Assembly: GCA_965199855.1 (NCBI GenBank)
Contig: OZ241326.1
Span: forward strand, 736,001-800,000
Origin: a bacterium
Lineage (GTDB): Bacteria > UBA8248
DNA: 64,000 nucleotides
Reading direction: 5' to 3'
In this document: piece after piece, positions 48,690-58,282 of the stretch
Numbering within the stretch: position 1 is the first letter of the stretch
Layout of the letters: every line of letters starts with the position of its first letter
Program-made: the position numbers and the translations under genes
Notes under the pieces: generated by a model
The model's input: only the letters and a program-made list of their open reading frames with translations
What the model was told of the DNA's origin: nothing
The model's database searches: none

Positions 48690-49687
48690 GACACGGCATT
48701 TCGTTCCGCCCGCCCGATACCGCCTCGTTCGCCCGCTGGTGCCGCCGCGCGGAGGAGGGCGGCTTCGACGCGGTGTTCATCCCCGACTCGCAGTCCCTCT
48801 ACCGGGAGGTCTATGTGTCGAGCGCGATATGCGCGATGGAGACGAAGAGCGTCCTCTTCGGCCCGTGCGTCACGAACCCGCTCACGAGGCACCCGGCCGT
48901 GGCGGCGAGCGCCATCGCCACCATCAGCGAGCTCTCCGGCGGGCGCGCCTTCTGGGGCATCGCCACGGGCGACAGCGCGGTGCTGAACCTGGGGCTCAGG
49001 CCCGCGAAGCTCGCCGACATGCGCGAATACGTCCTCGCCGTCCGGGGGATGCTCGAGGAGGGAAGCGCGCGCTACAAGGGCAAGGACTGCCGGCTGAGCT
49101 GGCATCGCGCCCGCGTTCCCATCCACGTCGCCGCCGAGGGCCCCAGGACCCTGCGCCTGGCGGGCGAGGTGGCCGACGGCGTCATCATCGGGACCGGCCT
49201 CTTGCCCGAGGTGGTCGCCGACGCGCTCCAGTTCATCGACGAGGGGGCGCGCGAATCCGGCAGGCGCGCGGAGGATCTCGACCTCTGGTGGCTCGCCGAC
49301 GCCCACGTGGACGCGGACGGGGAGCGCGCCCGCGAGGACGTCCGCACCGCCCTCGCCGCCAGCGCGCACCATTCGTTCTCCTTCACGCTGGAGGGCAAGC
49401 GCGTCCCGAAAGAGCTGGAAGCGGGCGTCCGCGCCCTCCGGGAGGGCTACCGCTTCTCCGAGCACGGCCTGATGGACAAGTCGAACAACGCCGCCCTGGT
49501 GGACGAATACGGCCTGCGGGAGTATCTGGCGGCGCGCTTCGCCATCGTCGGCACCCCCGCCGAATGCCGGAAAAGGCTCGCGGAGCTTGCGGCGCTCGGC
49601 GTCCGGGGCCTGCGCATCAACAACAACCTGCCCGACCGCGTCGAGTTCATGGACGCCTGGAGCAGGGAGGTGCGGGGGATGGGGTGA
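48686..49687 (+). CDS. LLM-class (Mer-like, probably F420-dependent) oxidoreductase, paralog 2
   Basis: Same motifs; ATGA overlap with paralog 1. Confidence 0.88.
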   Translation: MRHGISFRPPDTASFARWCRRAEEGGFDAVFIPDSQSLYREVYVSSAICAMETKSVLFGPCVTNPLTRHPAVAASAIATISELSGGRAFWGIATGDSAVLNLGLRPAKLADMREYVLAVRGMLEEGSARYKGKDCRLSWHRARVPIHVAAEGPRTLRLAGEVADGVIIGTGLLPEVVADALQFIDEGARESGRRAEDLDLWWLADAHVDADGERAREDVRTALAASAHHSFSFTLEGKRVPKELEAGVRALREGYRFSEHGLMDKSNNAALVDEYGLREYLAARFAIVGTPAECRKRLAELAALGVRGLRINNNLPDRVEFMDAWSREVRGMG

Positions 49688-49743
49688 GAGGGGGGAGCGA
49701 AGCAGTTTTCCTTCGGCCGGACGCCCTGAACAACCCGGCCGCT

Positions 49744-50277
49744 CTAACGGGAAGACGCGGCTTCCAGTTCCTCGACCCGCTCGCCGTCCTCGCTTTCCTG
49801 TCGGCGGCGTCGCCCGGCGGCTTCAATCGCCCGGGCGATGACGGAGAACGACTTCGGGGGGCCATACGAGCCTCTCACGTCCAGTTGCCGCAGTTTGTCC
49901 GTTTCCCAATCCGCGAGACGCCTGAACACCCTGGAGACGACCTGCTGCCGGGATTTGACGCGGGAGACGTCCTCCCCTTCCTCCTCCAGGAAGGCGCGGA
50001 CGCTGTTGACGTTCGGCATGAACCTCTTTTCCTCGTATTTCCTCGCAAGCGCCATGAGAGCGTTCTTTTTTCCCTCATCCGGCAACGCAAGGGATTCCAC
50101 GATGGCCACGGCGTTCGGCCTGGGTCGCGGCTTTCTCGCCCGCTTGACGGAAGCATTTATTGAGACGGGCGCGTTTGCCCGGGCGGGGCCGCAATCCTCC
50201 AGCGCTCTGCGAACCGCCTCGTATCCGCAATCCTCGACAAGGACCGACAGCAGGCTTCTCAAAGCGGTTTTTTTCAC
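49744..50277 (-). CDS. Hypothetical protein coupled to the ParA-like gene
   Basis: GTGA overlap with the ParA stop; lower GC. Confidence 0.6.
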   Translation of the reverse strand: MKKTALRSLLSVLVEDCGYEAVRRALEDCGPARANAPVSINASVKRARKPRPRPNAVAIVESLALPDEGKKNALMALARKYEEKRFMPNVNSVRAFLEEEGEDVSRVKSRQQVVSRVFRRLADWETDKLRQLDVRGSYGPPKSFSVIARAIEAAGRRRRQESEDGERVEELEAASSR

Positions 50278-51140
50278 GGCGAACCCTCCTGCGACTTAAA
50301 ACCCATCATCTTCAAAAACTCGTCGGCGATTTCTCGGAACTCACCAGGAGCATTGCCAGTATGGGTAGGGTACGCTTCTTTCATAAGTTTGGGATACCCA
50401 TCCGAATGCCACATCTGATTTCGCATGATACGCCATTTATTGTTCTTCGCTTCAGCCCGAATATCAGCCAAGGCGGCCTTATGATGCGGCCCTGGCCGCG
50501 AGCCCGATCTTCTCGTATTGTTAATCAGGACGCCGCACACGTCTATGACATGAGCGAGATTGTCTAACCTGAATTTTTCCAGGGATTCTTTCAACAAAGG
50601 AAAGCCGATGGTGGAGAAGAACTCCGTTCGCACAGGAACAAGAACGTAGCGCGAGGCGTGATAGGCCGTTCGGGTGAATCTCGATTCGGTCGGGGCGCAA
50701 TCAATCAACACGAGATCCTTATCGCCCATTTCCTCGGCGATGTATCTCGCCAGAACTCGCTCATCAACAGGGATAGAAGAAATCAGATTGTCCGAGAAAT
50801 CGAACCTCGACGGAATGAGGCTCAGGTTTCCTCCGTGTCCGACCTTTCTGATGACTTGACCCAAAGGCGCGGGTGCCGACTGCGTAGGGGATGGCGGCCG
50901 ATAGCCGTTGAAAAGCTCCACGATGGAGGGTTCCTTGTTGCCCATGAAATCCTTATAGTCGTCTTCATCCATGAGCGCCTGACTCAAATTCGCCTGCGGA
51001 TCCAAATCCACGGCCAGCACCTTCAAACCCTTCCTCGCGGCGTGTCTCGCCAACAACGCCACGACGGTCGTCTTTCCGACGCCGCCCTTCAGGTTGATCA
51101 CCGACGCCACGACAGGCTTTTTCCCGGCTTCCCCGGACAC
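50274..51140 (-). CDS. ParA/Soj-family ATPase
   Basis: NLKGGVGKTT, VDLDPQAN, LIDCAP; lower GC than flanks. Confidence 0.88.
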   Translation of the reverse strand: MSGEAGKKPVVASVINLKGGVGKTTVVALLARHAARKGLKVLAVDLDPQANLSQALMDEDDYKDFMGNKEPSIVELFNGYRPPSPTQSAPAPLGQVIRKVGHGGNLSLIPSRFDFSDNLISSIPVDERVLARYIAEEMGDKDLVLIDCAPTESRFTRTAYHASRYVLVPVRTEFFSTIGFPLLKESLEKFRLDNLAHVIDVCGVLINNTRRSGSRPGPHHKAALADIRAEAKNNKWRIMRNQMWHSDGYPKLMKEAYPTHTGNAPGEFREIADEFLKMMGFKSQEGSP

Positions 51141-51454
51141 GCTTTTCTCCTCGGTTATCCGATGCCGCGAATTTTCATGAGCGCATCGTCAACGCGCTCT
51201 CCCCTATTATGCGCCCTCGCGCGCGATTTTGAAAATTCGAGAAACCCCCAGAACCGTTCCCCTCCGCCGCGGCGTGGCGTAGAGCGGACGGAAGCTTGCG
51301 GGATGGGGGCGCGTCCCTGGTCACGCCGCCGCGCCGAGGATGAAGAAGCGCCGCCGAACGTATCTCGCCCCCTGATCGTTCTTCTCACAAGGCTGACGAT
51401 ACCCTGATCCCGAACGGAAACGGCATCAAGCCGCCGCAAAAATTCACGCCCCCC

Positions 51455-52801
51455 TCACCCCTCGAGGCTCATGCCGAACTGGCCGGCGATGTGGCGGACG
51501 AGCCTGCCGGCGGCCGCGTCGCTCATCCAGCCGCGCGCGGTCGCCGCGGCGAGCGCCTCGCTCACGCGCGCGAGCGCCTGGGAGAGCTTCTCGGCGTCGC
51601 GGACGGATATCTCCGGCAGGACGGGCGAGACGCCCGCGCGCAGCGCCTCCTCCGGCAGCGCGCCCGCGCGATGGGCCTCCTCGAGCTGCCTGTCGGCCAT
51701 GGCCTGGAGGACGTGGCGCACGGCGCGCTGGCGCCGCGTCATCTTCTTCAGGGTGGGCTGATCCATCGATTCGGCGGAGGCGCGGTTCACGTCCTCGCCC
51801 TGGGCGAACCAGTGGGAGGGAATCCCCGCGCCGCCCAGCAGAAGCCCCCGCACCAGCTTGGCGACCCCCTGAAGGCCGCTCTCGCCCCCCTTCAGGTCGG
51901 GCGAGACGGCCTGCCAGTGCTCCTTCTCGTTGTGGACGCGCACGCTCGAGGGGCGCGGGGCGACGCCGTTCTCGGCGAGCCAGTCGGCGATCTGCTCCGG
52001 CCCCGCCCCCTTCAGGGTGACGTCGTAGATGAAGCTGTTCTGAAGGCGGGCGCGCTCGACGGCGTCGAAGACGAAGCGCTCGTAGGCGTCTATCCAGTCG
52101 ATGGCGGCGAGGAGGTCGGAGGAGCCGCGGGCGGCGTCGCTCGCCTTGTTGATTTGGAAGAGGAACGCCTCGCCGTCCGTGAAGCGCGCGCGCTCCCTTT
52201 GGGCGGCCGCGCTCAGGTAGCCGCGCGGGTCGCCGCCCAGCGCCGTCCGCAGCCGCCTGCCCCTCCGCCCCGCTCCGCCCGGCCCCTCGGCGCGCAGGAC
52301 GACCCCCAGCGCCAGGGCGCAGTTGTCCGGGTCCATCACCACCTCCTCGATCAGGCGGGGGCTGACGTAGCCCAGGCGCACGCGCCCCTCGAAGCGCGAG
52401 ACGGCGAGCGGCAGGAGGAGCTCGCCGAAGACGCCGAGCTCCGAGACGAGCCGCTCGAAGCGGATGTCCATCTGGTTCACGGGGTCGCCCCAGAACGCCC
52501 GGACGGCGCGCAGGGCGCGCTCATCCTCCGAGTGCCAGCTCACCCCCTCGCCCACGACGTGGTCGGTGACGATCTCGATGAGGCGCTGGCCCATCAGGTT
52601 CGTGAGCCAGAGCTCGTGCGCGAGGAACTGCATCCGCGCGTGGTCGCGGCGCGGCAGCGCGCCCGTCTCCGCTCCCAGGGGCCGCCAGACGCCCTCGTCG
52701 GGGTCTATCGCCGCGCTCATCCGCCCGGCGCCGCGCGAGGCGGCCCCCGCCGCGCGCCTCCTCCTCCGCGCGGGGCTTTCCTTCGCCTTCGCGTTCTCCA
52801 T
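51455..52801 (-). CDS. Phage portal protein
   Basis: Follows terminase; TN..G.RLIEI.TDHVVGEG, FW.DPVN, ELGVFGE, RGSSDL, VRVHNEKE.W, G.DVNRASA. Confidence 0.75.
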   Translation of the reverse strand: MENAKAKESPARRRRRAAGAASRGAGRMSAAIDPDEGVWRPLGAETGALPRRDHARMQFLAHELWLTNLMGQRLIEIVTDHVVGEGVSWHSEDERALRAVRAFWGDPVNQMDIRFERLVSELGVFGELLLPLAVSRFEGRVRLGYVSPRLIEEVVMDPDNCALALGVVLRAEGPGGAGRRGRRLRTALGGDPRGYLSAAAQRERARFTDGEAFLFQINKASDAARGSSDLLAAIDWIDAYERFVFDAVERARLQNSFIYDVTLKGAGPEQIADWLAENGVAPRPSSVRVHNEKEHWQAVSPDLKGGESGLQGVAKLVRGLLLGGAGIPSHWFAQGEDVNRASAESMDQPTLKKMTRRQRAVRHVLQAMADRQLEEAHRAGALPEEALRAGVSPVLPEISVRDAEKLSQALARVSEALAAATARGWMSDAAAGRLVRHIAGQFGMSLEG

Positions 52802-52803
52802 TC

Positions 52804-53445
52804 TCACTCCCTCCTGAGCATTCGCCGGCCCGGCGCCCGCGGAGGCGCGGTTCCCCCGGCGGCGGGGGCCAGCATCCCCTCGCTCCGCGCCAGGGACTCG
52901 GCCAGCCGCGCGTAGGCGCAGGCGAAGCCGAAGTGGTTCTCGTTGCGCTCGTAGGACAGGACGGTCTCGCCCGAGGCGCGCAGGCGCGGCCTTTTCCGCA
53001 GGTTCATCAGGTGGCGATCCACGCGGGCGAGGAGCGCCTCCTCCTCCGCGCTCCCGGGCGTGGGCATCAGGACGCGCTCCGGCCCCTGGTGAAGCTCCTC
53101 CACCAGATGATCCAGCAAATCCTCGCGGCTCACGCGCGCGTGGCGGCGCGGCGCGCCCAGAAACGCGACCTCCCTGATCCGCGCCTCCCCCTCGGCGTGC
53201 CGCCAGATGAAGCCGCCCTCCGGATGCAGGTCATAGACCGCCCGCGCGGCCTGGGTGTGGGGGCCGCCGTCGATGACGAACGCCTCGACCCCCAGACCCT
53301 CGAACACGGCGCGGCACCGGGGGAGGAGCCGCTCGATGGGCGGCTCCTCGAAGTATATCCACCGGACGCGCCGCCCCGCCTCGCGCACCGCGAGAGCGCA
53401 GACGTCGCCCGTGTCGATTCCGCAGAAGCGGTGGGGCGCGCTCAC
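52804..53445 (-). CDS. Terminase large subunit, stand-alone C-terminal nuclease domain
   Basis: CGIDTG, FVIDGGP, ENHFGFACAY RNase H-like motifs; own GGAGG RBS and GTG overlapping the upstream TGA. Confidence 0.65.
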   Translation of the reverse strand: MSAPHRFCGIDTGDVCALAVREAGRRVRWIYFEEPPIERLLPRCRAVFEGLGVEAFVIDGGPHTQAARAVYDLHPEGGFIWRHAEGEARIREVAFLGAPRRHARVSREDLLDHLVEELHQGPERVLMPTPGSAEEEALLARVDRHLMNLRKRPRLRASGETVLSYERNENHFGFACAYARLAESLARSEGMLAPAAGGTAPPRAPGRRMLRRE

Positions 53446-54500
53446 GCGGGCGCCTCCGCCGGCGGATAGGGCGCGGCGGCGCGCAGGCTTTCCAGCAGCT
53501 CCCGCGTGACGGGTTGCGCGTCTCCCGCGTCGGGCATGGCGAGCGACGAGCAGCGGAAGCGCGCCTTCTCGCTCGGAAGCCGCGCGGCGGCCCACTTCGC
53601 CGCGATCCGGCGCAGGCGGACGGCGCCGACCGCGAGCTGGGAGAGGCGGTAGCTCCTGTGCCGGGGCAGGGCGCGCGCCGCCTCCCATCGCCCCGCTCCC
53701 CGCGCGAGCGGCGCGCCGCACGCCGGGCAGACGAGCGCCGAGGCGCGCAGGACGCGGGGCCAGTGCTCCTCCAGGGCGCTCTCCGCGCGGCAGGCGGGGC
53801 AGCGCGCGAGCCAGCGCCTCTGATCCCCCGCCTCGTACATGGCGTGAATGCCCGCCCCGGGCGTTCTCCCCACCGCGAGGTTCAGCGTCAGGGCGAGCGG
53901 CGAGGCGTCGAGGCGGTCGTTCGACCACGCGAGGTTCTCCGGCGGGAGGTCGTCCACCTCGTCCCGAATCAGCACGTCGAGCGGCAGCGAGATGGCGCTG
54001 CCCACGTCCCGGAGCCCCAGGATGTAGAGGAACCGCGACCCCCCGGGGCCGGGAAACTCCTTGAGTCCCCTCGGCGAGGCGCCCCGGTAGGCGCCGTGGC
54101 GCATGAGGCGGGCGATTCGCCCGCGCCGCAGCACCGGGCGCACGCGCGTCTGATCGAAGCGGTTGGCGAAGTCCTGGTCGGGCAGAAAATAGCCCACGTT
54201 CAGGCGGCGGACGATGACGCCGTAGAGCGCCGCGCCTATCGCCAGGGTGGTGAGGCCCACCTGCGCCCCCTTGAGGATGGTGATGGTCTCATCGGGCGCG
54301 CCCCTCTCGAAGACGGCGTCGAGGGCGGCCGCGGGCTCCAGCAGCGCCTCGCGCCCCTCGAAGGTGAAGGGGCCGCCGTCGGCGCGAATCTCGCTCGCGA
54401 GAAACCGCGCCAGCCCGCGCGCCGCGCCGGCGAAGCGCGCGGGGGCGCCCGCCGCCAGGGCGAGGCTCGGGGCGCGAATGATTTTTCGGGACTTTCGCAA
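53442..54500 (-). CDS. Terminase large subunit, ATPase domain (lambda gpA-like)
   Basis: ILKGAQVGLTT Walker A, VLIRDEVD Walker B, GDQRRW, two CPAC Zn motifs, G.W.A. Confidence 0.78.
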   Translation of the reverse strand: MRKSRKIIRAPSLALAAGAPARFAGAARGLARFLASEIRADGGPFTFEGREALLEPAAALDAVFERGAPDETITILKGAQVGLTTLAIGAALYGVIVRRLNVGYFLPDQDFANRFDQTRVRPVLRRGRIARLMRHGAYRGASPRGLKEFPGPGGSRFLYILGLRDVGSAISLPLDVLIRDEVDDLPPENLAWSNDRLDASPLALTLNLAVGRTPGAGIHAMYEAGDQRRWLARCPACRAESALEEHWPRVLRASALVCPACGAPLARGAGRWEAARALPRHRSYRLSQLAVGAVRLRRIAAKWAAARLPSEKARFRCSSLAMPDAGDAQPVTRELLESLRAAAPYPPAEAPA

Positions 54501-54551
54501 TCCTGAAACTCCTCCCCGCCGGAGACGCGCGCCGCGTCCCCGCAGGGGAGG

Positions 54552-54606
54552 AATATAGGGCGCGGACGCCGCCGTCCGCGAGGCGCAAATGCGGGCAAAT
54601 GCGCGC
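54552..54606 (-). promoter_or_regulatory. Putative activator-dependent promoter of the terminase/portal island
   Basis: Identical 25-mer GCGCGCATTTGCCCGCATTTGCGCC (54606-54582), 24 bp, then TATATT (54557-54552). Confidence 0.65.
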
Positions 54607-54666
54607 GGGGGGAGGGTTTTCGCGCGAGCGGCGGCGGAGGAGGGATTTTCGGGGGCGGGGATGTCC

Positions 54667-55152
54667 CTAGTCGCGCATGTTCTCGAACTGGAGGGCGAGC
54701 GGGAGGTTCAGCCCCCGGCACAGGGCGATGACCGCCTGGAGGTCGTCTCGCTTCTTGCCGCTCACCCGGAGCCGATCCCCCTGAACGGCGACCTGCACCT
54801 TCATCTTCGCCGCCTTCACCTTCTTGACGATCTCTCGCGCGGCGTCCGCGTCCACCCCCTGCTTCACGACGACCGTCTGCCGCAGGGCGCCGCCCGAGGC
54901 GGCCTCGGGCTCCCCGAAGTCGAGGGCGCGCGCGTCCACCTTGCGCCGCGCGAGCCAGCCGCCCATCAGATCGCGCATCTGCCGGAGCCTGAAGTCGTCG
55001 TCCGCCAGAAGGGTGATGACCCCCTCCTTGCGATCGATGGCGCACCGGGTTCCCTTGAAGTCGAAGCGCTGGGCGATCTCGCGGCGCGCGCCGTTCATCG
55101 CGTTGTCCACTTCCTGCAGGTCCGTCCTTGAAACGATGTCGAATGAAGGCAT
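54667..55152 (-). CDS. yajQ: YajQ family nucleotide-binding protein
   Basis: MPSFDIVS, EVDNA, RFDFKG, RVSGKKRDDLQ, LQFENMRD. Confidence 0.95.
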   Translation of the reverse strand: MPSFDIVSRTDLQEVDNAMNGARREIAQRFDFKGTRCAIDRKEGVITLLADDDFRLRQMRDLMGGWLARRKVDARALDFGEPEAASGGALRQTVVVKQGVDADAAREIVKKVKAAKMKVQVAVQGDRLRVSGKKRDDLQAVIALCRGLNLPLALQFENMRD

Positions 55153-55465
55153 CCGTTCCCGAAGCTCCTCTGGCGGGCGGCGGAGCGGCGAGGGCCGCCC
55201 CTGCGAAACTCCACGCGGGAGAGGACGGACGGCGAGAGCGCCCCGTCCCCCGAAATCTCCCGCTCCCATGCTACGCGCCCCGCGCGCGGGATGCTATACT
55301 GCGCGCCGCGCGCGCGCATCGCCTGGAGCGGCTCCGGCGGCCCCCAAGGCCGCGCCGTTCGAGGGTGGCGTCGGGGGCGCGGGGGTGGTAGAAGCCGGCA
55401 TCCTCGCCCGGGCGCGCGCTTTTTCCCGACGGACAAGTCAACGCATCTGAAAGGAGACCGAAGAG

Positions 55466-56755
<1,290 letters not shown>

Positions 56756-56957
56756 TCCGACCGCACCCTCTCCCGCGGCGGGGCGGGCCCCGGAACGCGC
56801 GAGCCTCTCCCAAGGCGCCGGAGGGGGGGACATCCCCGTCCGCCGCGCAAGCCGGACGCATGAGAAAATCATCGGTTCCGGATTGCGGCGACCGCCCTCT
56901 GCCGCGGTCGACGCAACAGTGACGAGCCTGGGGGCGCTCGGCGCGTCAAGCGGGAAG

Positions 56958-57215
56958 TCAGGGCAGCAGTTTTATCAGGGCGACGTTCAGACTGACGATG
57001 CCGAGGGCCACGAGCAGGATGAAGCGATACATGTCCGTTCGCAGTTTTGCGTGGTCGAGCTTCAGTTCGTTGCAGACCTCGGCGAGGTCGGCCTTGGTGG
57101 CGACGTTCTCGGCGACGGCGTCGCGCACGGTGGCGACCACGGCCTCGGCCTGGGTTTCGTCGAAGCCGGACTCCTTGAGCAGCTTCGTCGCCTTGAGGGT
57201 GTCGAACGCGGGCAT
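56958..57215 (-). CDS. DUF1640/CCDC90-like coiled-coil membrane-anchored protein
   Basis: FDTLK..K.L.ESGF...QAEA, ATKADL, C-terminal TM; GGAGG RBS. Confidence 0.75.
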   Translation of the reverse strand: MPAFDTLKATKLLKESGFDETQAEAVVATVRDAVAENVATKADLAEVCNELKLDHAKLRTDMYRFILLVALGIVSLNVALIKLLP

Positions 57216-57524
57216 GGCCTCATCCTCCGGCCATCTACTATAGCCCGTAGGCTTCGCCGACGCAAGCATCCGCGTCATAGGCGGGTTTTCAGGCGGCATT
57301 CGCCGGAGGGAAACTCCCGCCGTCATCGCAGCGGTATTTTTGAACGGCAAAACGATGCGGTCTTGTCGTCCTCGTTCCGACAGGCGCAGGCCAAAGGCCG
57401 CCCTTCGGGACGCGGAGACGGCGGCGCAGGCGGACGCGGCGGCGGGCGAGCCTTGACCGCAGACGCGCTCCACGTCCGCGGAATGCCCGCAGTTCCGGCT
57501 CTTCATCGTCGGCGCGCCGCCCGT

Positions 57525-57896
57525 CTATGCGGCGCCTCCTTCCTCCGCGTCCAGCAGGCTCCGCAGCTTGGGAAGGAGATCGGGAGCGCCGACCTCGATC
57601 ATGTCCCAGATGAGGTCGTCGTTCATGCCCAGATAGCCATGAGCCAGCTGGTTTCGCGCGCCGATGATGTCACCCCAGTGAATCCCGGGATGCCGCTCGC
57701 GCGCCGCTTCCGGGACGTGGGTCGCCGCCTCGCCGATGAGTTCCAGGTTTCGCAGGGTGGCGTCGTAGGTGCGCGCGTCGGCGACGAACGCGGCCTGATC
57801 CAGCCCGGCCGTATAGGAGAGCGCCCTCTCGCCGAATTCGATCATGTCCCGGATGTAGAAGAGCCATTCGCGCCCCTGATGAACGCCGTCAGACAT
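57525..57896 (-). CDS. HepT-like (DUF86, HEPN) ribonuclease toxin
   Basis: LELIGEA, RNQLAHGY (RX4HXY). Confidence 0.88.
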   Translation of the reverse strand: MSDGVHQGREWLFYIRDMIEFGERALSYTAGLDQAAFVADARTYDATLRNLELIGEAATHVPEAARERHPGIHWGDIIGARNQLAHGYLGMNDDLIWDMIEVGAPDLLPKLRSLLDAEEGGAA

Positions 57897-58179
57897 GAAT
57901 GAGATCCCGCTCGACGTAGGGGCGCAGCTCGGCGCGCACCATCTTGTCGGTCGCCAGATCGACCTTTCGTCCCAGCAGATCCTCGATGTAGAACTGCGCG
58001 CCGAAATACTTCGTCGTCGTCGTCCGCCCCTCGAAGCGCACGAGAACGTCGAGGTCGCTCCCCTCGCCCGCCTCGTCGCGGGCGAAGGAGCCGAAGATGG
58101 CGAGCTCGGCCACCCCGAAGCGCTCCGAGAGGGTCGCCTTGTGCGTCCGGAGCAGATGAAGCACGTCGTCTCTCTTCAT
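57889..58179 (-). CDS. MntA-like minimal nucleotidyltransferase antitoxin
   Basis: FGSFARDE...SDLDVLV, LLGRKVDL. Confidence 0.9.
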   Translation of the reverse strand: MKRDDVLHLLRTHKATLSERFGVAELAIFGSFARDEAGEGSDLDVLVRFEGRTTTTKYFGAQFYIEDLLGRKVDLATDKMVRAELRPYVERDLIHV

Positions 58180-58282
58180 CGTCCCCTCCCGCGGCGTTCG
58201 GAAACGGCGCGCCGCCCCTCGCTTCGACCGCCCGGCGGCGCGGACGATTCCCCTCCGATGCTCGGGGCGCGCGGGCCGGATG

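Noticed and set aside
57525-58179. MntA-HepT pair as a novel system
   Set aside because: Well-known toxin-antitoxin module with canonical motifs.
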